From: an uncultured Nitrososphaerales archaeon
GTDB taxonomy: Archaea; Thermoproteota; Nitrososphaeria; Nitrososphaerales; Nitrososphaeraceae
Direction: 5' to 3'
Assembly (NCBI GenBank): GCA_963713605.1
Contig: CAVQMO010000015.1
Location: 1 to 64,000 of the forward strand
Length of the DNA: 64,000 nt
The notes below the pieces were generated by a model. That model saw nothing but the letters and a program-made list of their open reading frames with translations, did no database searches and was not told the origin of the DNA. Of this stretch, positions 21,209 through 32,448 are shown in pieces; position 1 is the first letter of the stretch; the number at the start of each line of letters is the position of its first letter. A program made the translations under genes and the position numbers.

Positions 21209-21391
21209 TTGTCTTGTAATACTTTTGTTGTCTCCTATTTTATTTCATGATTTGCCCAGCCAGATTTTTTGCCGGCCTTGAAATCTTAGTTTGAATATTT
21301 TTAATCAAAAGTTGAGCAAAAAAAATAAACAGCAATTCACATCTCAAGATAGAGTTGTTGATTATCAGGTTACAAATAATAGCAGACAATC

Positions 21392-21437
21392 AGGTTATAG
21401 GTTATAGGTTATAGGTTATAGGTTACAGTTTACAGGT
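21392..21437. repeat. (AGGTTAT)n heptamer tandem repeat
   Basis: 4 perfect plus 2 degenerate units. Confidence 0.9.
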
Positions 21438-21691
21438 CTAAATTTTGCCACGGGTTATGGATTTATGACACTGTCATAGTATGAAAAACCTTTCGATATC
21501 ATTTAAATCCAAGGTTTTAATTGTCCTATACGAAATGGCAGGACGGCCAGGGATTGGAAGAATGAACGAAAGGGGCCGCCCTGCCTGTCATGAATTTGTT
21601 TCTGAGCTCAAGTATACAATATTAACTAGCATAAAAGGTATTCCGGAACTTGGTTATCTGTGAAAACGGAGGAAAAATAGTAAGTCTTATT

Positions 21692-21805
21692 TCATTCAGA
21701 AATATTGCCATCATCATTGAATTCTTCGTCTTCGTCTTCAAACTCATCATCAATGTCTACATCATCCTCTTCATCAAAGACATCATTTTCTGGCTCTTTT
21801 TCCAT
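21692..21805 (-). CDS. 37-aa ultra-acidic micro-protein (not in ORF track)
   Basis: MEKEPENDVFDEEDDVDIDDEFEDEDEEFNDDGNISE; TTTTATAT box ~30 nt upstream. Confidence 0.6.
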   Translation of the reverse strand: MEKEPENDVFDEEDDVDIDDEFEDEDEEFNDDGNISE

Positions 21806-21996
21806 TCACAATTGGAATTAACTAGGCTTAATTACATATAAAAGTTAAAGAATCACAGAATCTAAGGTGTTGTATCATCACTAAACCCTAAAATATTAAG
21901 AATTCAGAGATCCGAAAATACTTCCAATTAGCCAAACGAACGAATCAATAATATAGAGTTAGAGAACCAGTTAATTGGTTCATACAGATTTCGAGA

Positions 21997-22308
21997 CTAT
22001 TTCCATATGCTATCAGAAGCCCTTGGCCTTAGTCTATTAATTTCCAGTTCCGCGTGCTTTCTGAAATCCTCAATCTTTTTATTATCATAACCCTTTTCCA
22101 TCTTCAGTCGTTCTTCTAATAACTTTTCTAGAATATGGATTGCTTCGAATGAATCTTCTGGATCGATATGATAAGCTCTATTAAAGGCTGAAAGAATTGG
22201 TTCGAGCTGAAAGAATAAGGCATCTCGAACTTTGTCATGTTCAATAGGTCTAGACATTATAGTTTCAAATCTTATACTTAAATAAAAACAATTTCTAATT
22301 TGGTACAT
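21997..22308 (-). CDS. hypothetical helical protein (likely start MSRPIE)
   Basis: Protein-like composition. Confidence 0.6.
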   Translation of the reverse strand: MYQIRNCFYLSIRFETIMSRPIEHDKVRDALFFQLEPILSAFNRAYHIDPEDSFEAIHILEKLLEERLKMEKGYDNKKIEDFRKHAELEINRLRPRASDSIWK

Positions 22309-22499
22309 ATTTGATTCATCGTCTAAATTCTTCGTTAGGGGTGAGTGACAAATGAGTTGTTAACTCCTTTACATGTATTATCTTTTCTATAATCTTTCAT
22401 TTCTTAAATTTTCAATCGCTGACAGAGACTATCGTTTAGAGATATCACTAGATAAGATATTATGCATGTAAGAAAACTATGTAGATAATAAACATAAAC

Positions 22500-22698
22500 A
22501 TGAGTAGCTTCCTGCCACGATGTTATTATTGCGATAGTAAAAACTTCGGCTCAGTTGACGGATATTAGTGTCACATCGTAACCAGACACCCAAACCTACC
22601 TGGTTATCCCTGACCCGCGGATATCAAATATTACCGCTTAGAAAGACAAGATATGTACTGGGAACGTGAGATAAAAGCAGATTTTTGAATGGAAATAG
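22500..22698 (+). pseudogene. C2H2 zinc-finger protein remnant
   Basis: CYYCDSKNFGSVDGY*CHIVTRHPNLPGYP*PAD. Confidence 0.6.
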
Positions 22699-22704
22699 TT
22701 AATT

Positions 22705-23057
22705 ATTCATTATTTTGGTAGGATCTGGAGATGTAGGACGTAAATTAGCTGACGGATTAATTGAAATTGGGAATGAGGTAAAAATATGAACACGTGATCC
22801 TATCAAAAAGTACCTTGTTCAATAGGTTCAAAACCATGCTCCTTACGAAAAAATCACCATTAGGTACTTCTGCTGAGGCTGCGGCTTTTGGAGAATTGGT
22901 TATAATTGATACTCTATGGGATGGAATTGTCAATGCAATAGAATTCGCTAATCCTACCAAGAATTTTACGGGCAAAATTGTGATAGATGTTACTAAACAT
23001 TTAGACCTCTCTAAAACTAACGTAAGTAATCCTTTGCTTGATAATTTTTGCGCTTAA
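22705..23057 (+). pseudogene. degraded 5' copy of the NADPH-dependent F420 reductase
   Basis: ggatctggagatgtaggacgtaaattagctgacgga and AEAAAFGE..GKIVIDVT parallel the gene at 23175. Confidence 0.8.
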
Positions 23058-23174
23058 AAACATATCACCAGGGATATTTTAAATATAAGGTAAAATACTT
23101 ACTGCAACGTAGCTACAAAAGAAGTAATGAACATGCAGAATTAAGGATATAAACCATTTCACCTAATAGAAATT

Positions 23175-23842
23175 ATGAAGGTTGGAATAATTGGATCTGG
23201 AGAGGTAGGACGTAGACTTGCAGATGGTTTACTAGACCTAGGGTATCAAGTAAAGATTGGAACTCGTGATACATCCAAGAAGGAAATCATCGAATGGATT
23301 GATAAACACAGAAAAGGAGATAAGGAATTAGAGAATGCATCAGTCGGGGGCTTTGCTGAGGCGGCATCATTTGGTGAAGATTTGATTGTGCTCTGTACTT
23401 CATGGGACGGAACTTCTAATGCTATAAAAATGGCTGATCCAATTAACATGACAGGTAAAGTAGTTATTGATACCACAAATCCATTAGATTTTTCACAAGG
23501 ACTTCCACCACAATGGCTGTTGGTGTTACAGACTCTGCAGGCGAAATAAATCAGCGCTTACTTCCTGGGGCTAAAATCGTCAAAGCGTTTAATATTGTCG
23601 GTAATCCACACATGGTTCATCCAGACTTCCCTTGTGGACCGCCTACAATGTTCATATGCGGAAACGATGAACAAGCTAAGAAAATAGTTACTGAAAGTAT
23701 TCTAACTCCGTTTGGCTGGGAAACAATTGATATAGGAGGAATTAAAGGAGCTAGACTTCTTGAGCCTCTTGCAATGCTTTGGATTACTCATTACTTCAGA
23801 ACGGGCACCGGAGATCATGCATTCAAATTACTGAAAAAGTAA
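23175..23842 (+). pseudogene. NADPH-dependent F420 reductase family protein, frameshift ~23510
   Basis: GIIGSGEVG, IDTTNPL, KAFN, ICGNDEQAK, DIGG..ARLLE. Confidence 0.85.
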
Positions 23843-24059
23843 ATTATGGTGATTAAAGAGACGTATTTTATTTATTACTAATTGACAATGAGGAATAAGA
23901 CGAATAATAATCCTTTAAGCAAGATCGTACCTATTCTTTCTGTTTGCGATTACATGTTAGAGATATAAAAGTTTCTAGGCTATAGGCTCAGCTCAGGCCG
24001 TTTCTCATATTCATCTTGTTGTAATGTAACCAAGAAGCCCTCCTCCCAAACAATCAATA

Positions 24060-24419
24060 TCATTTATTATTTTCCATTAAGAATTGAATTTTTTTATCTA
24101 ATTCGAGGATATTTTCATTCAATAGAATTAATCTGTTTAATAATTCATCATGACGCTCTGCAAAGTTTTCTATCTTCATCAAAACTTGTGTATTCTTTTG
24201 TTCTAAATCGCGTACACGTTGTAGAATATAATCTTGTTGGACCGTGGTCTTTTTCTGCCTGTCATAAATCCACCAACTTATGGCTACGCCGATACCGGCT
24301 CCTATGATTATGCTCAAGTAAGTACTTGAGGTGTTGGTCATGTCAATGCAGTCTTTAGCAAGCTCCGGTACGCATCCCCATATTACAAATACTGGCAGTA
24401 ATAACATGATATTGTGCAA
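24060..24419 (-). CDS. membrane-anchored coiled-coil hypothetical protein
   Basis: TM helix followed by heptad-like region. Confidence 0.65.
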   Translation of the reverse strand: MHNIMLLLPVFVIWGCVPELAKDCIDMTNTSSTYLSIIIGAGIGVAISWWIYDRQKKTTVQQDYILQRVRDLEQKNTQVLMKIENFAERHDELLNRLILLNENILELDKKIQFLMENNK

Positions 24420-25033
24420 TATCCTCTGTTTTTTAAAGTCTGTTATTCTTTCATAGATTCACTTGCATCAACTTCGGTGAAGAGTGAATTCTCGACTCAT
24501 GGTTAGCTCAATCATTGTCCATTTCTTGTATGGGGATCACAAATTCATTTCAAAACAACTTTGAACTATCAATCATTTTTATTGCCAAAAATGTCAATTT
24601 TTCACCACATACCCGTTTTGTTATTTCATATATGAACCATCTGCATTTTGAAGATATAATCACGGCATTTATCACCAAAAGCTTCAATAGATCGACTGTA
24701 AGCTTTCTTGCTCTGGACAAGCTTATGATTTAGCAATATACCACGATTTTAGTCTCCATATCCAAAAAGGAGGTTTAGTAATTCTATAAGTGGCTTGGAA
24801 TACGCGATAACGCTTCTTTAGTACTCTAAACTAGTCATTTTTTAACAGGAGTTCAAACTATATGTTATTTTAGGTCATTAATTTGACTTTTCGCATAAAC
24901 AAGGCACATATTACTATGAATCCCTACAAAGAGGAAAGTCTTTAAGATGCTCTATAGGATCATAGCCTAAATGGAGAGAACTTTTTACAGATGGATCGTA
25001 TCTATATAAGCTCTTGTAGATGGTTGGGCTTTT

Positions 25034-26368
25034 ATGGTCAATCTTAAGACGATATTTTTTCCCTCGATAAGCAACAAACAAGCAACATTAGTAATCGTCA
25101 TCACAATTGCTTTCTTGATACCCGATACTATGATAGGCTATGTTTCAGATTTTCTAGTTCCTCAGACTACTTCTATCTGGGGTATTTCATTTTTTATTTT
25201 ATTTTCAATTGTATATACCATATCTCAACATCTACTACTTCGATTTGTATGGTTGAAAACAAAGGACATAAGATCAAAATCTTTTCTTTTTAACGGTTTG
25301 CTGAAAACTTTAATAGCATTCCAGTACACACTGTTCGCAATTCTGATAGTAATCATATATCAGATACTATTTATGTCACAATACTATACGACGTTCCTGG
25401 TTTGGTCAACTGGTATAAGTCTTTTACTGACTATTAGCATTCTTGGCATCCTCGCTAGGCAGTTGTTCTTGTGGTATAGATACTATAGAAAAGGTTCTTT
25501 TGTGATAATTTGCTATGCCTTGGCATTTGTCATTATGTCAATTACTTTCTTTCTTGCATTATTACTAGATATGTATGGATTCTCAAATAAGCAAAGTATA
25601 GTAACACCAAATTCAGAAGTTTTTTTCACCGACTATGATAATACCAATTGGTTACTACTTGTGATTCATTATATATATAATTACCTAGATCTAATTTCAT
25701 TCATTCTCATATGGGGAGCAAATGCACTGCTGCTCCTTCACTACCGCAAGAGATTAGGATTTGTAAAATTTTGGATAATAATTAGTCTTCCCTTGGTATA
25801 TTATTTGGGTACTTTTGTAGAGATGATGGGATTATACGAACCACAGTCTGATTCAGAGTTCTTTTTCTTCTATTTGTATAGCTCCCTTAACTCAACTGCA
25901 GGAGGACTAATGTTTGGAATGACATTCATAACTATAGCACGTAAGATTGACAATCAAAGGATAAAGGGATACATGACTCTTACAGCATATGGATTTATTC
26001 TTCTCTATATATCAAGCCAGATATCACTGGTGGCATCCTCCTACCCGCCATTTGGAATCACAACTCTATTCTTCTCAGGATTGTCGTCTTATCTATTGTT
26101 AATAGGACTGTACTCTACCGCAGTATCATTATCTCAACATGCCCAATTACGAAAGAAAATTAGAAACTCAATAGACGAACAACATTCTAGGCTAATAGAT
26201 GGCATTGGAATGTCTGAATTGCACAGAGAGATAGATAAGAAAATCGAGCCGTTAATCCAACGACATGCAGAACAGATGAATATGCAGACTAAGTTAGATT
26301 TAACAATTACTGAAGAAGAAGTAAAACAATATATGAATGAGATTTTGCGTGATCTTCACAAAGAATGA
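25034..26368 (+). CDS. 444-aa polytopic (~10 TM) membrane protein of unknown function, paralog B
   Basis: Co-linear motifs with 3429..4763; cytoplasmic tail ending EEEVKQYMNEILRDL. Confidence 0.85.
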   Translation: MVNLKTIFFPSISNKQATLVIVITIAFLIPDTMIGYVSDFLVPQTTSIWGISFFILFSIVYTISQHLLLRFVWLKTKDIRSKSFLFNGLLKTLIAFQYTLFAILIVIIYQILFMSQYYTTFLVWSTGISLLLTISILGILARQLFLWYRYYRKGSFVIICYALAFVIMSITFFLALLLDMYGFSNKQSIVTPNSEVFFTDYDNTNWLLLVIHYIYNYLDLISFILIWGANALLLLHYRKRLGFVKFWIIISLPLVYYLGTFVEMMGLYEPQSDSEFFFFYLYSSLNSTAGGLMFGMTFITIARKIDNQRIKGYMTLTAYGFILLYISSQISLVASSYPPFGITTLFFSGLSSYLLLIGLYSTAVSLSQHAQLRKKIRNSIDEQHSRLIDGIGMSELHREIDKKIEPLIQRHAEQMNMQTKLDLTITEEEVKQYMNEILRDLHKE

Positions 26369-26556
26369 TTATTTCATCCATAAATTATTTATATAAAAAA
26401 TAGACAAAACCCTTAATTTATTAATCGAATATGAAATTTGGTTTATATTATTATACTTGAATTCTAATTATCATTGAATATATATATACAGTCAACTTGA
26501 ATAGTCATAAACATTATTGACGAATGTAAAAGAGCCAGTACTAATAATCCCTAATA

Positions 26557-26736
26557 ATGTCAATAAGTATACTAAAATTAGGAACAACTGGGATAAAGGA
26601 CTCATTCAAATGGTTTGTAAGAGAACATGCTAGTGAGATTGCAATCGTTGGAGTAATGTTCGTGATAGGTGTTGGTATAGCATTACTAGCTACGGGAGAT
26701 ATCTCTGAAGCAATTGCTAGAATGGGGAGGAGGTAA
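26557..26736 (+). CDS. 59-aa secreted peptide precursor (predicted mature RMGRR; not in ORF track)
   Basis: MSISILKLGTTGIKDSFKWFVREHASEIAIVGVMFVIGVGIALLATGDISEAIA-RMGRR; h-region plus A-x-A site; T-rich tract downstream. Confidence 0.7.
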   Translation: MSISILKLGTTGIKDSFKWFVREHASEIAIVGVMFVIGVGIALLATGDISEAIARMGRR

Positions 26737-27067
26737 CTAAAGGTAATAAATTTGAATTTTTATTTTCAGCTTCATTGCAAATTTGAGAAATGCTGTCCTG
26801 TTGGGAAAGAGGCTTCTACTTTTGAGTTATTCTTGATGTAAGTGGACAAATTTAATAGCATCTTCTACTTCTGTTTAATTAATAAATAATACTACTCTAC
26901 ATAATATTCGATTTCTAAAATTAATAACTCAAATTTGTGGCTTTCCAGCTTACGAACTAGCACCGTTTACAACATAATTCTTTGAATAAGAAGTTCATAA
27001 ACAATTATGTAGCAACGAATTTTCGGGTCTATATTCAAATGTCGTAAACCATTCCTACTATGTTATT

Positions 27068-28079
27068 CTATGTCAATGCCGAATAAATCTTTGGAAGAGA
27101 TACATCATACCTGTAGCTTATATTCATGTGACCATCATCAAACTCTTCATAAAGATGCTTGATGTTCATCTTATCCAGTTTTGAGTGAAGCATTCTAGCG
27201 CCCCAATGAAGATTAAATTCATCTCGGGTGCCACAATCAATGAAAATAAGCTTGAGCTTTTTCAAATTCTCAACATAATTTTCTATCATTCTGACTGGAT
27301 CCCAAGCAAGCCATCGATTCCATACTTCTGGTAACATTTCACCTGTCTTTAGGTCGAAGGGTAAATCCACGCCCATTTCTTTTGATTTAGGATTTGGTGA
27401 ATAATGTGTCTGCCATTCCAAATGTATTCAAAGGTGGTCCATCGTTTTTTTGATGACGATTAGACTTCTTCCAGAAATTATTTAGCCACCTCTTGGGGCC
27501 TCCAGATCCCCTAAAAGGTTCAAGGGCTTTCGGAAAGTCTGGAGGATAACAGTATTCAAAACCAGCATCCCCAGAGTGATCTACAACACCTTGAAAGACA
27601 TCAGGATGACGCATACCCAAGACGATGGAACCATAGCCTCCAGAAGACTTTCCCCACACTGCATGAGCAGAAGTGTTGTAGTTTTTGTCTATAAATGGCA
27701 CAATCTCATCTATGATATAGTCTTCGTACCTACCTGTTGCCGAAGAATTGATGTACTGATTCCCACCAAATCTCGTAAAACAATCAAGCAAAACCAAGAT
27801 CATTGGACCACATTTTCTTTCTAAAATCAGGCGATTCATTCTATCTTCTATGTTTTCTGCAAATGGATCTACATTTAATAGCATCTTTCCTTTACCCCCG
27901 AATCCTACAAGACCGAAAGCTGCTATGTAACCTTTAGAATTACTTTGTGTATATTCTGGAGGAAGATAAACCAAAACATCTCTTACATAGGGATCTTTTA
28001 ATGGGTTAGTTTTGAGCACCCTGCTTGCATAGCTATGTGTAATTATCTTCCCTTTTGCCTTGCTTGTTAATCTAGCCAA
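27068..28079 (-). pseudogene. esterase (Fes/alpha-beta hydrolase), frameshift ~27410
   Basis: VYLPPEY, GKSSGGYG nucleophile elbow, DCGTRDEF, DDGH. Confidence 0.85.
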
Positions 28080-28777
28080 CCGTGAATAATATTGAACTTA
28101 ATGGTTATTAGTATTCTACTATTTTTTGCATATTTAGCCAATTTACGTTGTCAACTACAACCTGACATGATTCTTCTTACTCGGGTGCTATCATTTAAAG
28201 AAATAGGGATTATATCTAAACTACAGAAAAGTCTTCCAAGAGATTACTGACGTTATGAAGGATCATTTGCAGACAATCATGCCCCGGATGATGTGACCAT
28301 TGAAATGATTCAGATAACAATGAAACAGACCAGAATACAAATCAAAAAAATTGAAGGAACCTATGATGATACCTCCAAATCAAATACTGGTGGAAATAGC
28401 ATAAGAATTGGTTAGAGGTACTTCTAGCTCCCTGCAGATTAACCATTTATTCTTAATCCCTTTTTGGCGCCAGTTTGCCATATTGAATCTCAAATATCAA
28501 GGTAGTCATTTTCGTAAGTCAGATAATCAGTTCCATACAGCTTATCTATTTTATGAGTTGATGGAATCATAAAAACCGTTTTCAAGTTAGGAAAATTTTT
28601 ATAGGATCTAAGTCATTTTCTTGAAGTGCACCTTGTTGTTTAGATAGTCTGAAATGGATCAATCACGCTATCGGCACATTGTGCGATATCACCTAGAATA
28701 GAGATAATATATATGAGAGTGCTATTACAGCAGTCACTATCTGTAATTATGAGCCCACCATTTGATAATTTTCTATT

Positions 28778-29741
28778 GTGAAATTGAATTTGTGGATTTT
28801 TAAACAAACTGAAAGAGACATCATCAAGCTGTACAACTCTTTGACTCCGTATGTCCGGACAGCAGTGAATGATTCTAATGATTATATGCTCAACTTTGGT
28901 TATTGGATAAAGAATAGTAATGACCCGGTCTATGCACAGCATGAACTCAGTGCGATGTTTGGCAAGTTTGCTAAATTCGATACCGTTGAGATGATTGCTG
29001 ATGTTGGAAGTGGATTCTCAGCCCCTGCCGTTCATTGGAGATCAGAGTATCCCCATCTGAAGATTTTGTGTGTTGATATCAATTACACGGAGTTGAGTAC
29101 AGCTAGAAAAATGGTAATTTTTCCTCCTCTTCCTCTTCCTTCCTCTCCTGCTTCTTCTGATCGCATATCTTTGATTAATGCCAGTTCAGCCATGTTGCCA
29201 TTAGGGAATGATAAACTTGACATGATAGTTGCATTTGAATCGGCACAACATTTTCAAAGCATAGACAATTTTCTAATAGGATCCAGATCCATATTGAAGC
29301 CTGGTGGATTAATTGTGACTTGCGATTCCAGTTGTTGATTTAAAACCATTAGAAATTGGGGGAAACCAGAATGTTAGCTTTATAAAAAAATTAAAGCTAA
29401 TGAAAAAACTTGGAATTCTGTACTTTAGTTGGGCCTCTCAACATTATGATATAGATACAATTTCAAGATCTATCACAAACCATGGTTATCAGATAGAAGA
29501 ATTTCGACGAATTGGACATCAAGTGTATGAACCCTTGGCAGAGTATTATGTTAGAAACAGGAAAAGCATTAGACGCAGACTCATACAATCATTTGCGACG
29601 TACAAGCAGAGAATGTTCTTTGAGTTTGTTGAGTATATGGTGTACAAGTCAGCTTTAAAGATGAAGGATTTATCCATGAATGGAATGTTAGATTATGTGT
29701 TAATTAGGGCTAAAAAAGATAATCTAAATGTAGATTCATGA
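28778..29741 (+). pseudogene. class I SAM-dependent methyltransferase, frameshift ~29320
   Basis: LNFGYW, DVGSGF, ESAQHF, LKPGG; an extra T joins the two ORFs. Confidence 0.85.
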
Positions 29742-30319
29742 TACGTTTTAAGCCAAAGAATGGTCATTATGAGTTTTTATACGGATATTCTGATAAGATC
29801 ATTTGGGTCATTCAGGCAACTAACTATCGATGATCAATGCTATGGCAATTCCAATTGCAAACAATGCACATAGTAGGCCGAACGCTTTCCCCATATTATT
29901 ATTATCGAGACCCAACGTATAAAACTACGTTAAGTATGACTGCAACAAATCATAAGAGAACACTACAATCAGATATCCGTGACTATCACACCTTAAAAAG
30001 AACATATAATAGTTTGAGCGTAACTTTAATTAGTATTCTATATGCAAGGATAGAAGCAAGAAGAGTTAGTTAGTCCTCAATATGAGAGAGTAAACACCTT
30101 TCTTGACAGTATAGGCAGAAGGAGTAAGAATTTACGCAGAATGTACGCAACAGCACTTAGATACTTTGATAGGTTTCTTAAGACTGTACAGTTTCTACAT
30201 TCACGCATTATCATTAATTAATACCTTACCCAGTATTAGATTTCCATATTTCGATTGATTAGTCAAGCTTCCGTTTCTTGATTTTTACACGTTTCTCCAG
30301 ATAAGTAAAGACAAAGATT

Positions 30320-30652
30320 TTATGGAAATGGAATTGCATTTATTGTTGAAGGTATAAGAGATTCTATATTTGTACCCTCATCATTACTTTTAGGATCACT
30401 ATCCTCAACTACAATTTGGCTAGTTACCGATGTGCTATCAATATTTTTCTTAGCTCCATCTAGAGCTTTAACAGAAGCAATCGCAAGGGATCCTATCTTA
30501 TGTCCGGAAGGACATCCCAACAAATTTTGGATTTTAGGATCACAGTTGGGTTCCACAGCCAGGACCTTACCAATAGTGTATAAATTGGCGAAAGACATTC
30601 CTCCAGTTAAGGCTAAAACTAATAATAGCAAGCTCAATCCTGCCGTAGACAT
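30320..30652 (-). CDS. secreted hypothetical protein
   Basis: Signal peptide, Cys pair, C-terminal IPFP. Confidence 0.6.
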   Translation of the reverse strand: MSTAGLSLLLLVLALTGGMSFANLYTIGKVLAVEPNCDPKIQNLLGCPSGHKIGSLAIASVKALDGAKKNIDSTSVTSQIVVEDSDPKSNDEGTNIESLIPSTINAIPFP

Positions 30653-31011
30653 ATCTACATGCCATTATTTACAAATAAAGATAATTAATTTAATTAATGT
30701 AAAACACTTAGTTTTGCTATGTAAATATTCTATCAATTCAACGTCAGTAAGAAAACTAAATAGAAATAGATAGGCAACATGAATGCTCCGTAACAACATA
30801 ATCCTACGTACCTTATATCGAAAGAGAAGTCGTAATCATGTTATATTCACATACAATCCACTTTTCAATCAAGCATCATATATAAGGTAAAAGTACCATT
30901 TGATCCTAATTTAGATTAAGATTTTAGATTTGGGATTATTCTCTGGAATATGATTATGCTTTTGATATCACTATTTCTTAAATGAAAGAATACAATTAGA
31001 ATATCAAAGGA

Positions 31012-31926
31012 ATGATAAATAGTATTAAAGTGAATAGATGTATAACCGCAAAGACTTTTCCAACAATATTGGCTATATCATTACTATTGATATTAGTTAG
31101 CAATATAGTCGGTACACCAATCCTCTTTGAATATGCGTATGCAATCGAAGAATTCGATATAGATGTAGATGTTAAAGACAACGAGATTAAGCGTGGTGAT
31201 ACTCAACACATAACAGTTACTGTTTTCAACGATGATTCTGGTAATCATGTATCAGATGCAGATGTCAAATTAACAGTATATCCTCCAGATAGTGATTCAA
31301 CCTCGGCAGAGGATGAAACCGATAATGATGGCGAGGCAACATTTGATGTGGAAATAGATGATAATGCGGAAACAGGTAATTATGATGTGGACGTAAGAGT
31401 GTCAAAGGACGGATATGATACAAAAACTGTTAGTACATCGTTTGATGTTGTCGGGTCAGGTAATAACAACGACGACGATGATAATAATCATGATGGTAAT
31501 GGTAATGACTCATCATCTTCAGCTGCGGCATCAGCTTCTTCAGGAAGTAGTGGTGGCAGTAGCAGCGCAGCGTCAAGTGCTAGTTCCTCAGATAATGACC
31601 ATAATGACAATAATAATGACGGTGGCGGTAGTTCCTCCGCATCTTCTGCAGCTGTAGGAGATGCCGCATCAGCAGCGGCCTCTGCATCAGGTGCATCATC
31701 AGCCGCAGCAGCTGCAGCAGGTAATGCAGCTGCAGCAGCCGCCGCATCAGGTGATGATGCCTCTTCGGCAGCAGCAGCAGCAGTATCCGAGAATGGAGGA
31801 TCTTCGTCAGCTGCAGCAGCAGCAGCTGATGCGGCATCAGCGGCAGCAGCTTCTTCTAGTAACGATGAGGATGGCGATGATAAGGGAAGTTCGTCCTCGT
31901 CAGCATCTTCTTCAAGCAATGATTAG
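31012..31926 (+). CDS. secreted protein: acidic Ig-like domain plus poly-Ala/Ser repeat tail
   Basis: Signal ending AYA; TDNDGEATF..G.Y.V.V.VSKDGY beta-sandwich; Ala/Ser repeats. Confidence 0.85.
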   Translation: MINSIKVNRCITAKTFPTILAISLLLILVSNIVGTPILFEYAYAIEEFDIDVDVKDNEIKRGDTQHITVTVFNDDSGNHVSDADVKLTVYPPDSDSTSAEDETDNDGEATFDVEIDDNAETGNYDVDVRVSKDGYDTKTVSTSFDVVGSGNNNDDDDNNHDGNGNDSSSSAAASASSGSSGGSSSAASSASSSDNDHNDNNNDGGGSSSASSAAVGDAASAAASASGASSAAAAAAGNAAAAAAASGDDASSAAAAAVSENGGSSSAAAAAADAASAAAASSSNDEDGDDKGSSSSSASSSSND

Positions 31927-32448
31927 AGTTCCTAGTAGAGACTAAATTCCACAATTTTTATTTTTTGTTCATTAAATACTTGATGCAGGGATATTGTAGA
32001 TACTTCACTCTTCTCAAGTTTTTGTTAGACATCTAAAATAGAAAACGGAGACTGAACCATCGTCTTAATGACTTAGCTTAGGGCACCATACACGATTATT
32101 ACTTTCTGAAATTTTGCAGTAGATTTAGAAATTAAGAGACTGAAACTTACGTTATGTAGTAGAAGTTTATGTTATGGCTAATCTAACGGGCTGACTAATG
32201 GGATGAATGAACTTAAATGAATATTGATAACAACAAATATTGTGGGGCTCCCATTATAATTCTACTCTAATGCAGATCCTTCCAACTAATAACACAGCTT
32301 GAACTCGAAATATGGCCGCATCGACGGTCTCCTTTCAGCAGACTATTACAGTGTAAGTCTTAAATCGTTGTACGATACCATATTTCTTTGATTATGTCAT
32401 CATTTTCCATATCCATTTGTACTTTCTCTTCTGCAGAATGAGGGCGTA

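Noticed and set aside
31415..31945. Overlapping Gln-, Leu- and Ala-rich ORFs (likewise 36873..37196)
   Set aside because: Alternative frames of GCA-type repeats in the poly-Ala genes
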